This document shows, in pieces, positions 39,747-50,087 of a DNA stretch of 64,000 nucleotides. Both the position numbers and the translations under genes were made by a program. The stretch covers positions 28,579-92,578 of the forward strand of contig JAHFNJ010000003.1 in the NCBI GenBank assembly GCA_023267375.1, given 5' to 3'. The notes under the pieces were generated by a model. That model was given only the letters and a program-made list of their open reading frames with translations, was not told the origin of the DNA and searched no databases. The stretch comes from Candidatus Nomurabacteria bacterium (GTDB taxonomy: Bacteria; Patescibacteriota; Minisyncoccia; Phycocordibacterales; UBA9973). The stretch's first letter is position 1. Every line of letters starts with the position of its first letter.

Positions 39747-40253
39747 TTATGCGGCAACTTCTTCGGATACGAGTGCCTCAATTTGTTTGTCGATTTCTTC
39801 TTTGTTTATCTCAGCTGGTGGGACAGTGGTACCATCTTCAGCTTTTGTCGTTGTACGGCGCTTGGTGTCGCGACCATACGGACGTTTTGAAGACATAGTG
39901 CTTCCTCGAACAGTCTTGATAAGGAGGAAACGGATCAATTTATCAGAAAGTGCGAGCTTGTCGTGCAATGCTGCCACTTTTTCTGGATCAAGATCAAACT
40001 TGAGCCATCCGAAATATCCAGTCGTGAAATATTCCTTCTTGTTGTTAATAGTTGCTTCCATCTCGTACGCGAGCTCGATCAAACGTGGATACTCTTCCGA
40101 AATAGGGAGAGCGCCAAATGAGAGAACGAGGTCCTTGAGAGCGGTTGCTTCAGCGGCTACGTTTTCTTCCAGAATTCCTGGAACAAAGAGGTAACCAAGT
40201 TCGTAGACTCGGTTACTACCGACTTCTACTTTTGTCTCTGTGTTTTCTTCCAT
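39747..40253 (-). CDS. rpsF: 30S ribosomal protein S6 with long C-terminal extension
   Basis: 168 aa; S6-like core 'YELGYLFVP…GWLKFDLDPEKVAALHDKLALSDKLIRFLLIKT'; classic rpsF-ssb-rpsR order. Confidence 0.7.
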   Translation of the reverse strand: MEENTETKVEVGSNRVYELGYLFVPGILEENVAAEATALKDLVLSFGALPISEEYPRLIELAYEMEATINNKKEYFTTGYFGWLKFDLDPEKVAALHDKLALSDKLIRFLLIKTVRGSTMSSKRPYGRDTKRRTTTKAEDGTTVPPAEINKEEIDKQIEALVSEEVAA

Positions 40254-40400
40254 GTAATAGGCCTGTTTTACCAGGCAAAATGCTAATAAAGTGAGTATTT
40301 ACAATAAAGTAAAGCTCGTTCCGTTATGGACCAGGGCGTCCACGACTTCAGGGTCGGGACGAACGGAAACATGTCGATATTACTATAGAGAGGCCTCTTT
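40254..40400 (-). promoter_or_regulatory. Structured rpsF 5' leader (candidate S6:S18-binding leader RNA)
   Basis: 'gctcgttccgtt…gggcgtccacgacttcagggtcgggacgaacggaaac' has stem potential; rpsF leaders are a known motif class. Not modelled. Confidence 0.25.
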
Positions 40401-40402
40401 GT

Positions 40403-40437
40403 AAACCCCCACACCTAAAATTTTAGGTGTGGGGGGG
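40403..40437 (-). terminator. Terminator hairpin downstream of the tatD-like gene
   Basis: aaacccccacacctaaaattttaggtgtggggggg. Confidence 0.55.
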
Positions 40438-40454
40438 GTAAAGGCGCAGGTGGC

Positions 40455-41249
40455 CTATAAACCGAAGACTCGAGAAGCATTTTCCAAGAGCACTTTTTGT
40501 ACAGTTTCAAGGCTTTCTCCCTTTATTTCAGCGATTTTTTTGACTACTTCTTCCACCATCCATGGCTCGCAGGTCTTGCCGCGATACGGTAATGGTGCGG
40601 CAAATGGGGCGTCTGTCTCGGCCATCAATGATTCAAGTGGTAAAAATTTGATAACCTCATCATAATCACGCGCAAAGGTTATGGGACCATCAAATGAGAC
40701 CGTCCAACCTTGGGCAACAATTTTCTTTGCAATAGAAACATCGCCGACGAAGAAATGAAAATTACAGGTAAGATTTTGATGTTCTGAAAGAATTTCGAGC
40801 GCTTCTTCGTACGCATCCATTGTTCCTTTTGAAGGCCGGCAATGGAGCATGAGTGGTTTTTTTAATTCTACTGCCAACTCAATGTGTTTTTTAAATAGTT
40901 CTTTTTGTCGTCCTATCACTGTAGCCGCCTTCTCGCCAGCTGGTAGTCGAAAATAATCGAGTCCACACTCCCCGATCGCAACCACCTTAGGACTCTGTGC
41001 GAGCTCACGATATTTTTCCATATCAAAAACTTCTTCTTCATTATCGTTTGGATGCAGACCAACAGTGGCACCAACGACGATGTCTGGAAACTGCTCCGCT
41101 GTTTCAATAGCTTTCTGCGAAGTGGCGAGATCTGTCCCAACCGTAATGGTTCCAATCCCCTTTTCACGCATACGAACAACCAACGCTTCGGCGTTTTCCA
41201 AAAGTGGTGAAAGGTTTAAATGTGAGTGGATATCGATGTATTTATATTG
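40455..41249 (-). CDS. TatD-family metal-dependent hydrolase/DNase
   Basis: 'YIDIHSHLNL…GECGLDYFR…LMLHCR…ETDAPF'. Start trimmed to Met 'MQYKYIDIHSH'. Confidence 0.8.
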   Translation of the reverse strand, partial: QYKYIDIHSHLNLSPLLENAEALVVRMREKGIGTITVGTDLATSQKAIETAEQFPDIVVGATVGLHPNDNEEEVFDMEKYRELAQSPKVVAIGECGLDYFRLPAGEKAATVIGRQKELFKKHIELAVELKKPLMLHCRPSKGTMDAYEEALEILSEHQNLTCNFHFFVGDVSIAKKIVAQGWTVSFDGPITFARDYDEVIKFLPLESLMAETDAPFAAPLPYRGKTCEPWMVEEVVKKIAEIKGESLETVQKVLLENASRVFGL

Positions 41250-41424
41250 CATAAAAGAACAGTACCACAAAAACGTTCATAACTTAATAGAATAAGTAGC
41301 AGGCTCAGCTCCTTGGAGCGAATCTAGGGCTTTTGAAAAGCCTTGCACAGGCTAGCGAGCCGAGCAGAGAAAATTTCCAGGAGGAAATTATTCGTGCTTT
41401 TCAAAAGCTCTAGCTGAGCGTATT

Positions 41425-42867
41425 TTAATCTTTACGGGCAAAAAGCGGAGTCGCTGGCTTTTTATTTTCTTTAATAAGTTTTTTAAGTGTTGCATTAGTC
41501 TCAGGCATAATTGGGTTTAACATTCGAGCAATCGTATACAGTTGTACTACTAATTCAGAAATAATTGTTCTCCCTTTCTCTGCATCAACCTTCACTACTT
41601 TAAATGGCTCTGTTTCCTGGATCTTCTTATCGAGCATCTGAATTTCATTCCAAATATAATCGACTGCTTTCTGAATTTCAAATTTCTCGAGTAAATCAAA
41701 AAAGGGTTGTGGAATAGATTGCTCTGGGATTGATGGACACGAGTCAAGATGCTTCTCAGAGAGAGCCAGAATACGCGAAGCCAGATTCCCCAAACCATTT
41801 GCGAGGCCCGCATTGTACGCTTCTTTGAATTTTTCCATAGTCATATCCGAGTCTTCAAACGCGGAGAGTTCCCGCGCGACATAGTAGCGGAGCGCGTCAG
41901 TGCCGTATTCAGCGACAATATCGTATGGATTGATTACATTACCGAGTGACTTCGACATCTTCTGACCACCAGAATTGATGAAACCATCAATCACGATATG
42001 TTTTGAATTCGGTAGCCCTGCCGCCATCAACATCGCCTGCCACATCGCCGACTGCTGGCGAAGATTGTCTTTACCGCAGTATTGGACCGGTGTTCCATTT
42101 GCCCAGAATTTTTCAAAGCTTACAGTATCTTCTGGCCAACCGATTGTAGAGATATAGTTCACCAGCGCATCAAACCACACGTACATGACCTGTTCCGGAT
42201 CACCAGGCACTTCCACTCCCCAACTCATTTTTGATTTAAGACGTGAAATGGAAAAATCTTGCAGCCCTCGTGCCACAAATGCTTTTATCTCATTGAAACG
42301 AAAATCAGGCACAACAAAGTCGGGATTGTTCTCATAAAATTCAAGCAGTGGTTTTTGGAATGCTGAAAACTTGAAGAAGTAATTTTCTTCGTCAATAAGT
42401 TCAATTTCTTTGTTGGGGTGAATCGGGCAGCGACCATTATCATCGAGCTCGCTATCAGTCTTTTCAAGTTCGCAGCCAACACAGTATTTCACCTGATACT
42501 GCTTCTTGTAGATGTAACCGTTCTTTTCTACGCGTCGCCAGAATTCTTGCGCGGCTTGTTCGTGATGTGTGTCAGTCGTACGAACAAAATGAACATCTTC
42601 TGATATTCCCAAAAGTCCTTTGAGGCCGCGGAATTTCTCCGCATACTCATCAACATATTCTTTCACTTCCCTTCCGGCCTTCTTCGCATCAGCCAAAAGC
42701 TTCTGCCCGTGCTCATCGGTACCGGTATTGAAAAACACCTCATGGTCAGTGAGTTTTTTATACCGCGCAATAATATCCGCACGGATAAGTTCCATCGCAA
42801 ACCCTACATGAGGATCTGAGTTTACATATGGAAGTGTCGTAGTAATGTAAAATGATTTCTTTTCCAT
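41425..42867 (-). CDS. metG: Methionyl-tRNA synthetase (short form)
   Basis: 480 aa; 'TTLPYVNSDPHVGFA…FFNTGTDEHGQKL'; zinc knuckle 'CVGCE…GRCPIH'; 'KMSKSLGNVINP'. Confidence 0.8.
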   Translation of the reverse strand: MEKKSFYITTTLPYVNSDPHVGFAMELIRADIIARYKKLTDHEVFFNTGTDEHGQKLLADAKKAGREVKEYVDEYAEKFRGLKGLLGISEDVHFVRTTDTHHEQAAQEFWRRVEKNGYIYKKQYQVKYCVGCELEKTDSELDDNGRCPIHPNKEIELIDEENYFFKFSAFQKPLLEFYENNPDFVVPDFRFNEIKAFVARGLQDFSISRLKSKMSWGVEVPGDPEQVMYVWFDALVNYISTIGWPEDTVSFEKFWANGTPVQYCGKDNLRQQSAMWQAMLMAAGLPNSKHIVIDGFINSGGQKMSKSLGNVINPYDIVAEYGTDALRYYVARELSAFEDSDMTMEKFKEAYNAGLANGLGNLASRILALSEKHLDSCPSIPEQSIPQPFFDLLEKFEIQKAVDYIWNEIQMLDKKIQETEPFKVVKVDAEKGRTIISELVVQLYTIARMLNPIMPETNATLKKLIKENKKPATPLFARKD

Positions 42868-42880
42868 GAATCAGACGTAG

Positions 42881-43951
42881 TTAATTCGAGCTTCCCACCG
42901 CCAAGGTCTTTCTTCGTTCAATATCATCGGCATACTCCATAATAGCCACCGCGACAGGAACTGCAAGTATCAATCCCCAAAAACCTGCGAGTTTTGCCCC
43001 AATTAACACAGCAAGAATAACAATAAGTGGCGAGATACCAATAACCCGTCGAATCACCAATGGCTGGATCAGATATGTTTCAAACTGCTGCACAATGAGG
43101 TAATAGCCAGCAACAATAAGAGAAAGGGAGATACCTCCTTTTGTATACGCAAACGCGATCGCTGGAACCACGGCCAGAATGAGGCCAAATGGAATGAGTT
43201 CGCAGATCATTGCCAGCACCGCAATCAAAAGGGCGTACGGCAATCCGATGATAGCGAGACCTAGGTAAATAAGGACTCCGATCAACACCCCGAGAAGCAA
43301 CTGCCCTTGTATCCAAAGTGCGATTTTTCGTTCTGTTCTCGCCCATAAATTTATGGCGTACTCTTCTTTTTTCGCAGGAATGACAATACGCAAAAATTTC
43401 TCCACTCCTCGTTCTTGAATCGAAAGATAAAATGAGATGACAATAATAAGTATAACGTTTACCACGCCGCCGAAGACAACGGAGAGTGTTCCGAAAAATC
43501 CACTTGAAACACTTGAGACCATAGTGCGAGCGTTGGTCACAACATCAGAGAAAGAGAAGTTTTGTGAGAGAGACTGAACGACATTGCTTGCAGTATGTAA
43601 CGAAGAAGTCGTCTCAGCAGGGACATACTGATTAAGAATATCCGCAAGCGTAGACACTTCAGTAATAAGCATTGGCACAAAGAGATAAAACACTCCCGCA
43701 AGAAAACCAAGGACAACGATGTAGAGGAACACGACGGCAAATGTTCGATGTACTTTAAAACCGAACATTTTATTACGAATCATGCGATTCGTCGCCCGTT
43801 CTATAAACGACGCCAGTACAACAGAGGTAAGGATAACCAAGAGAAGATCCCGGAGAACAAAAAGGATAACAAGGATAAGGAGAAAGAAAATGACACGGAA
43901 AATTGTCCCGTTTGAGATTGATATTCTGACGCTTTTAGGAAGTTCTGGCAT
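42881..43951 (-). CDS. AI-2E (PerM/UPF0118) family membrane transporter-like protein
   Basis: 356 aa; ~8 TM helices; overall topology matches. Weak assignment. Confidence 0.45.
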   Translation of the reverse strand: MPELPKSVRISISNGTIFRVIFFLLILVILFVLRDLLLVILTSVVLASFIERATNRMIRNKMFGFKVHRTFAVVFLYIVVLGFLAGVFYLFVPMLITEVSTLADILNQYVPAETTSSLHTASNVVQSLSQNFSFSDVVTNARTMVSSVSSGFFGTLSVVFGGVVNVILIIVISFYLSIQERGVEKFLRIVIPAKKEEYAINLWARTERKIALWIQGQLLLGVLIGVLIYLGLAIIGLPYALLIAVLAMICELIPFGLILAVVPAIAFAYTKGGISLSLIVAGYYLIVQQFETYLIQPLVIRRVIGISPLIVILAVLIGAKLAGFWGLILAVPVAVAIMEYADDIERRKTLAVGSSN

Positions 43952-43996
43952 ACCTCCATAATAGCATAGAAGCCCTCCTCCGCTAAAAAACCTTAA

Positions 43997-45268
43997 CTAG
44001 AGGTGGAGCTCCGCCTCAAAGGGCGTCAGGTCTTCAAATGGCCCGATAACCGCGAGGTTGAGGCCCTTATCGACAAATATCTTCTTGGCGAGGCGACGAA
44101 TATCAGCGGCCGTAACTGCCTGGATTTTACGAGCAATCGCCTTAGGATCTTCAATCTTTTTCTTACGCATGATTTCTTGAGTACCGTAGAATTGTGCAAT
44201 AGCATCGCTTGATTCCAACCCTAAATCCATCATTCCGGTCATATAGTCTTTAGTTTTCTTGAGTTCCTCTTTTGAAACAAGCTCGGTCGTCATTCGCTTG
44301 CATTCAGAAAGAATTGCTCGAATAACTTCATTGATGCGCTTTGGATCTACCCCTGCGCTGATTTCAAAAAATCCATGGTCAGTATATGCATCGTTGTCAG
44401 CGCGGACATAGTACCCTACCCCCATCTCTTCGCGAATTTTCTGGAAGAGACGTGAACTCATCCCGCCAGCAAGCACTCCAGTCAACACAGAAATAATGGC
44501 ATTTTCTTTATTGAAAAAATCAAACGTACGAAATGCAATCACCAAGTGGGCCTGATCAGTCTTTTTGTACTTGATATGGATTGCTGGTTTTTTCTGACTC
44601 TCGACTACTTTCTGTTTTGCAGGTGGATTACCAGCAGGCATTGCATCGAAATATTTTTTCACCTGTGCCAGTACTTTTTTCTCATCGATATTCCCCGCTA
44701 CTACTACTGCGGTCTTCTTCGGCACATACTGTTTGGTGCGGTACTCACGCATGGCTTGTTCGGTCATTTTTTGAATATTTTCTTTGGTACCAATTACGCG
44801 CCATCCGGCCGGCGTATCGCCATAGAGCAACTCCATCGCCACCTCCTGCACTGTACGATGTGGCATATCCTCATACAGATTTATCTCATCGATAATGACT
44901 CCTTTTTCTTTTTCGAGTTCCTCTTTTTTGATAACCGGATTTAAATAGACATCTGCCACGATATCGATGAGTTTTGCGGTATGTTTCGAAACACTCTTTG
45001 CATAGTAGCCAGTAAATTCGTGCGAGGTAAAGGCATTCGATTCTGAACCAAGGGCATCGAGTTCATGTGAAATCGCAAGCGCGGTCGGGCGCTTTTCAGT
45101 CCCCTTGAAACACATGTGCTCAAGAAAATGCGAGACGCCATTTATTTCTTTTGTCTCATACTTTGAACCCGCTTCAACGAGCACCAATACCGTCACCGTC
45201 GGATTATCCTTCATCGGAATCGTGAGAATTCGTAAACCGTTTTTGAGAATTGTTTTTTTTAATTTCAT
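43997..45268 (-). CDS. M16-family zinc metallopeptidase (insulinase-like)
   Basis: 423 aa; inverted zinc motif 'HFLEHM' plus downstream Glu. Confidence 0.75.
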   Translation of the reverse strand: MKLKKTILKNGLRILTIPMKDNPTVTVLVLVEAGSKYETKEINGVSHFLEHMCFKGTEKRPTALAISHELDALGSESNAFTSHEFTGYYAKSVSKHTAKLIDIVADVYLNPVIKKEELEKEKGVIIDEINLYEDMPHRTVQEVAMELLYGDTPAGWRVIGTKENIQKMTEQAMREYRTKQYVPKKTAVVVAGNIDEKKVLAQVKKYFDAMPAGNPPAKQKVVESQKKPAIHIKYKKTDQAHLVIAFRTFDFFNKENAIISVLTGVLAGGMSSRLFQKIREEMGVGYYVRADNDAYTDHGFFEISAGVDPKRINEVIRAILSECKRMTTELVSKEELKKTKDYMTGMMDLGLESSDAIAQFYGTQEIMRKKKIEDPKAIARKIQAVTAADIRRLAKKIFVDKGLNLAVIGPFEDLTPFEAELHL

Positions 45269-45274
45269 ATACTC

Positions 45275-45709
45275 TTATTGAGGTAATTGATTGATAATTT
45301 TTGGCAATACTTGCTTCCAGCAACTGTGAAGTGGCTCTGGCAGCGCATCAAGTCTTGCCCAACGAATCTCATCAAATTTATGCGGTTCGCCATTCTGTAC
45401 TTGTTCCCGCTTTACTTCTACCAAAAAAATAAAGGATATCCAGTGCGTTTTTTTACCATTGAGCTCGCGAAACATATCATGATAACGCATGAATTCATAT
45501 TTGATTGGTTCTATACAATATTCTTCTTTGAGTTCCTTGAGAAGTGTCGCCTCGACAGTATCTCCCCAATCGACACTGCCACCGCCAAAATCCCACGTGC
45601 CGTGTTCATCGCGACAGTTTGTACTCCGCTTATTCATTACATAATTTCCTTTTCCATCGTGGCATAAGTATGAAACAGTTATGCCGATATAATCAATTCC
45701 TTTTTGCAT
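45275..45709 (-). CDS. NUDIX hydrolase
   Basis: 144 aa; Nudix-box-like 'GGGSVDWGDTVEATLLKELKEEYCI'. Confidence 0.6.
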   Translation of the reverse strand: MQKGIDYIGITVSYLCHDGKGNYVMNKRSTNCRDEHGTWDFGGGSVDWGDTVEATLLKELKEEYCIEPIKYEFMRYHDMFRELNGKKTHWISFIFLVEVKREQVQNGEPHKFDEIRWARLDALPEPLHSCWKQVLPKIINQLPQ

Positions 45710-45718
45710 ATAATTTGC

Positions 45719-45988
45719 TTACTCTTCTGACTTTGAATCCATAAAGTGCCTAGAGAAAAAAATCGCCGGACAAATTATAATGAGTGCAATAATCTTAAAA
45801 AATAATCGATCTTTTATGAAGTGATCAAGAAGCATAATCAGTCCGAAAATTAACCCGTAATAGATAACGAGATAAAGCCACCCTTTCCAGTTTCTAGGAA
45901 TAAATAGAATACTTTTATACCAAGTCTGCGGAAACCGTTGATCAACCGCATAAAACCATGTTCGCTTTTTCTTTTGTATTTCCTCCAT
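45719..45988 (-). CDS. Small membrane protein (hypothetical)
   Basis: 89 aa; two hydrophobic helices; tightly packed between neighbours. Confidence 0.4.
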   Translation of the reverse strand: MEEIQKKKRTWFYAVDQRFPQTWYKSILFIPRNWKGWLYLVIYYGLIFGLIMLLDHFIKDRLFFKIIALIIICPAIFFSRHFMDSKSEE

Positions 45989-45989
45989 A

Positions 45990-47312
45990 TTAATTTAACT
46001 TCTCTTTGATGTAGCCAACCAATTCATTCATTTGGACTCGTTCCTGTTCGCCCGTATCACGGTCACGAATAGTTACTGTGTCTAGCAGTTCAGGTTTTTC
46101 ACCAAGAGTATCGAAGTCGATAACGATACACCATGGCGTGCCGATTTCATCCTGACGGCGATAGCGCTTGCCGATATTGCCGTTGTCGTCCCACATCACA
46201 CGACCGAATTCTTGTTTGAGTGTCGTATAGACTTCGCGAGCTTTCGCTATGAGTTCTGGTTTATTTTTAAGAAGCGGAGACACCGCGCAAATCACCGGTG
46301 CAATGCTTGGCTTGAATTTCAGATATGAGCGCACTTCTCCACCCTTCTCGTCTTCTGCGTATGCAGAGAGGAGTAATGCGAGCACCAAACGATCAACACC
46401 GATCGAAGGCTCAATCACATGTGGTGTTATTTTTTCTTTTGCTTCTTCGTCTTGATATTCAACGTTGTGGTTTGATAAGTCAAAATTGCCGCGATACACC
46501 AAACCGAATAGTTCTTTCTGTCCAAATGGATACTCAAACTCGAAATCAATCGTGCGTTTTGAGTAGTGAGCGCGATCAGCTTCAGCAATTTCCACTTCAT
46601 GAACAAGCGAAGTATCCAAACCAAGCTCACTGACAAATTCGTTCAAATTTTTCTGCCATAAGGTAAACGCATCTTGCCAGTCACTTTCCTTTACAAAATA
46701 TTCCACTTCCATCTGCTCAAATTCACGAACACGGAAAATAAAATCACGCGGGGTTATTTCATTGCGGAATGCTTTACCAATCTGACCGATACCGAATGGC
46801 AACTTTGGATGAAACGAATCAACAACATTTTTGAAGTTGGTGAAAATACCCTGTGCTGTTTCAGGGCGAAGATATACAGTTGAGGCAGAATCTTCCACGG
46901 CACCAATTTTGGTTGAGAACATCATGTTGAACTGACGCGCTTCGCCGAGCGCACCGTCACAGTCAGGACATTTTGTAGGATCTTCAAGCTGGTCGGCGCG
47001 AAAGCGATGCTTGCACTTACTGCATTCAACTAACGGATCCGAAAATCCAGCCACGTGGCCAGAAGCCTTCCAGACCTCGCTGTTCATCAAAATTGCAGCG
47101 TCTACCTCATACATATCATCACGGCTCGCTACAAACTTTTTGCGCCACGCGTCCTTAATGTTGTTTTTGAGGGCCACGCCAAGCGGGCCGTAGTCGTAGG
47201 TTCCGCCCAGTCCCCCATATATCTCAGAGCCCGGAAATACAAAACCACGTCGTTTTGACAACGACACTATTTTGTCCATTAATTCATTATCTTCCTGTGT
47301 TTTTTTAGCCAT
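45990..47312 (-). CDS. glyQS: Glycyl-tRNA synthetase (dimeric class II)
   Basis: 440 aa; 'RRGFVFPGSEIYGGLGGTYDYGPLGVALKNNI'. Confidence 0.85.
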   Translation of the reverse strand: MAKKTQEDNELMDKIVSLSKRRGFVFPGSEIYGGLGGTYDYGPLGVALKNNIKDAWRKKFVASRDDMYEVDAAILMNSEVWKASGHVAGFSDPLVECSKCKHRFRADQLEDPTKCPDCDGALGEARQFNMMFSTKIGAVEDSASTVYLRPETAQGIFTNFKNVVDSFHPKLPFGIGQIGKAFRNEITPRDFIFRVREFEQMEVEYFVKESDWQDAFTLWQKNLNEFVSELGLDTSLVHEVEIAEADRAHYSKRTIDFEFEYPFGQKELFGLVYRGNFDLSNHNVEYQDEEAKEKITPHVIEPSIGVDRLVLALLLSAYAEDEKGGEVRSYLKFKPSIAPVICAVSPLLKNKPELIAKAREVYTTLKQEFGRVMWDDNGNIGKRYRRQDEIGTPWCIVIDFDTLGEKPELLDTVTIRDRDTGEQERVQMNELVGYIKEKLN

Positions 47313-47334
47313 TCGAAATTATATAGTTATATTT

Positions 47335-49278
47335 TTATCTGACCACTCGTTCAGCGTTCCCAAGAAATGCTGGATCATTTACCAAAAATGTATTGAGTGG
47401 TTTCTTTGAAAAAGAAAATACAGTATTAGTAAAAGTATCTGTTCCGGTCACCGATGTTTCATTTAAGAGAAGTGGGACACTCCCTACTTGGCTATCAGAT
47501 GGAGTAAGTCCAACCTGAAACGATACTTCTCGGGCCGCACCAGAAAAACCAGTGCCTTTCTCTACGGTACCAATCTTCCAATCGATAGTATTGGTTGAAG
47601 GATCATAACTTATATTTTCATTTTTGGGAAATACCATATTCTTCCACTTTACCACAGGTGGCAAAGTAGCCCGAGCATCGGCTTGTACAATACGATTCGC
47701 GGAGTTTGTTACTGTCCAGGTAATAGTATACGTAGATTCTTGTTCGGCTTTTGGTGGCAATGGACCTGTATTGGTGAATGGCCCAGTTGATCGTGAAGCA
47801 TGCGCGACAAGTTGAAAATCAGAATTCATTTTCACCACCTTATGTTCAAAGTTATTTACTTCTTGAACCGTACTACCACCGCTTGGCTCTTGCCCCTTGA
47901 TACTGACATCAATAACGATCTGGGGATTCACTAATGCAATGTTTGAAGAACCAATAAGTGGTAGAGACATGAGAGAAAAATCAACAGTACCAGTCTCCCC
48001 AGGCTCAATACTCGCAAATGAAGGGATTGTGTTACGGTCCCAAATAATTTCGTTGGTAAGAGAATTGTAAAATCCACTCGAGGTCTGCACTCCGGCTTTA
48101 TCAAACGCATTTCCAGATAGTGTTGCATGGATTTCTGCATTCATAATTTGCGTTGATAAATTATTAGACCAAGAAATCTTTCCCCGAATTGGTGATTGCG
48201 CAGAAGCAACTGTCTCCGCTTGGCTATTATCATTGATTGCAAGCTTTGCTTCAAGAAACGGTTTAGTGATCGAAATTGTCTGAAGCACTGAATTATAGAC
48301 AGTTGAAACAATAGGATTGCTGTTAACACTCCCTTCACCTGCATAGAAGTGGAACGATTTGTCTTCCCCACTATCAGCAATAATCGAACCAGTGATCGTA
48401 ATATTCTTTTCCACACCAGGCTCAAGATTACCAAGATCCCACACATTATTTCCGGTGATTGGTCGTGGATCTGATCTTTTAAAAACGAATCCTGGAGGAT
48501 ATTCTCCTTCAAGCACAATCCCCTGAGCAGGCTTCCCTGCATTCAGCGTCGCTTTAATTTTAAGTGTGATATCCTGATTTGCGTTTGCCGTTGTTGGAGC
48601 ATCGACAGAAAGTGTTAGTGGCGCAGAATTAATATTTACCTTATATGCTGTCTCTTTTATAAAAATCGCATTCGAGCCCTTGAGTCGATATTCGAGCGTG
48701 GCTTTGATATCTCGGGTACTTCCCTGTTCACCATAGAGTGTTACCTTCTCAACATCAGTCACCATCTGACCTGCCGCAATGGTGCCGAGCGATTTTCGAA
48801 TACGTACCGTATCAGCAACCACGTTTGGGTCACCACCTCCAGATTTTGGATATTCAATTAATAAGTCAGCACGATCAAGGGCAACGGCATTTTGATTTTT
48901 TATTTCTATTTGTAGTGGTAATTCATCGCCGCCATTCGTAAAAGCATTGCCTAAAATTTTTATATCAATATTTTGCGTTGAAACAGTATTTGTCCCACCC
49001 AAAAACATGTACGCAGCAAACGCCATTGCTGCAACAAAAAAAACGACAGCAACGACAAAAAATTTTTTAAATATAGAAGTTTTTGGCATGTAGTTCATAA
49101 ATTGTGGATGCTCGGTTGATTTCTCTTCCGTCCATGAAGCATTTGATCCGAAAGCAACACGATGTAGAACCCCTGGTCTTTTCCGAGGTACTTTTCGCTC
49201 ATCACTTGAATAGAGTTTCTGTTCAAGTTCCTCTATTGCTTCTGGTTCATGGTCTTCTCGTAAATCGAGTGTTGACAT
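47335..49278 (-). CDS. Large membrane-anchored extracytoplasmic hypothetical protein
   Basis: 647 aa; single N-terminal TM 'FFVVAVVFFVAAMAFAAYMFL'; beta-rich remainder. Confidence 0.5.
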   Translation of the reverse strand: MSTLDLREDHEPEAIEELEQKLYSSDERKVPRKRPGVLHRVAFGSNASWTEEKSTEHPQFMNYMPKTSIFKKFFVVAVVFFVAAMAFAAYMFLGGTNTVSTQNIDIKILGNAFTNGGDELPLQIEIKNQNAVALDRADLLIEYPKSGGGDPNVVADTVRIRKSLGTIAAGQMVTDVEKVTLYGEQGSTRDIKATLEYRLKGSNAIFIKETAYKVNINSAPLTLSVDAPTTANANQDITLKIKATLNAGKPAQGIVLEGEYPPGFVFKRSDPRPITGNNVWDLGNLEPGVEKNITITGSIIADSGEDKSFHFYAGEGSVNSNPIVSTVYNSVLQTISITKPFLEAKLAINDNSQAETVASAQSPIRGKISWSNNLSTQIMNAEIHATLSGNAFDKAGVQTSSGFYNSLTNEIIWDRNTIPSFASIEPGETGTVDFSLMSLPLIGSSNIALVNPQIVIDVSIKGQEPSGGSTVQEVNNFEHKVVKMNSDFQLVAHASRSTGPFTNTGPLPPKAEQESTYTITWTVTNSANRIVQADARATLPPVVKWKNMVFPKNENISYDPSTNTIDWKIGTVEKGTGFSGAAREVSFQVGLTPSDSQVGSVPLLLNETSVTGTDTFTNTVFSFSKKPLNTFLVNDPAFLGNAERVVR

Positions 49279-49336
49279 AGTGAGATTATAGCATAGGCAT
49301 CAATAGTATAAAGATGCCTATGTAATGTTACAAAAC

Positions 49337-49921
49337 TTACAATTGGGTCTCCCGAAGCGATTGATTGATGGCAGTGAGCATTTCGGCTCGCACCTTTGCC
49401 GCTTCCTCTATGAGACGCCCGTCGAGCGGACTTCTGACAAGAGCATCATTTTCTTTGGTGTGTGCCAAGTAACCCAGATGGTACAAAATCCGTAGAACCA
49501 CAACCACCTCAAAATGTTTTAGGTCGGTCGCTGTAAACTTTTTTTCAGAAAGAGCAGTAAATGTTTCCATGAGGTGATCGAACAATGCTTCGTTGGGTGA
49601 TTCCCCGTCATAAAGCCTGCCGACAAGCTTTATTATATTTTTAAAAAGTGGCGCAGTGTCACGCGAGAGCGATAACGAGAGAAAACTAGAAATCGGCTGC
49701 GCAGAAGTCACGCGCCAGACATCACGGCCGCGCACCAAATCGATTTTGGCATACGAAAAATCCTGGAGTGCAAATCGAAGTTTTGATTTTCCATGGCGTA
49801 TCCCCTGTGCGGCCGCGCGCACCATCCCCTCTTCGCGCGTCAAAATCGTCAAGAATTTATTTGCCTCGCCTGTCTCACGAGCATCAAAGATAATTCCAGT
49901 TGTGTGATAGATATGATGCAT
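49337..49921 (-). CDS. recO: DNA repair protein RecO (short form)
   Basis: 194 aa; N-terminal OB fold 'TTGIIFDARETGEANKFLTILTREEGMVRAAAQGIR…SKL'. Confidence 0.6.
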   Translation of the reverse strand: MHHIYHTTGIIFDARETGEANKFLTILTREEGMVRAAAQGIRHGKSKLRFALQDFSYAKIDLVRGRDVWRVTSAQPISSFLSLSLSRDTAPLFKNIIKLVGRLYDGESPNEALFDHLMETFTALSEKKFTATDLKHFEVVVVLRILYHLGYLAHTKENDALVRSPLDGRLIEEAAKVRAEMLTAINQSLRETQL

Positions 49922-50087
49922 AACTATATCCTCTGGTACAAAATATTAAATACGATGTTCATAATTTTTCTCACTTCTCGCCCCGTAGTCAGCTGAGCGC
50001 GCATTCGGCGCGAAGATGTACTACTGGGGTGATAAATGTGGTGCATGGTAGTAAGTACGATAGTGTTACTATTTCTTATTTTAAATA

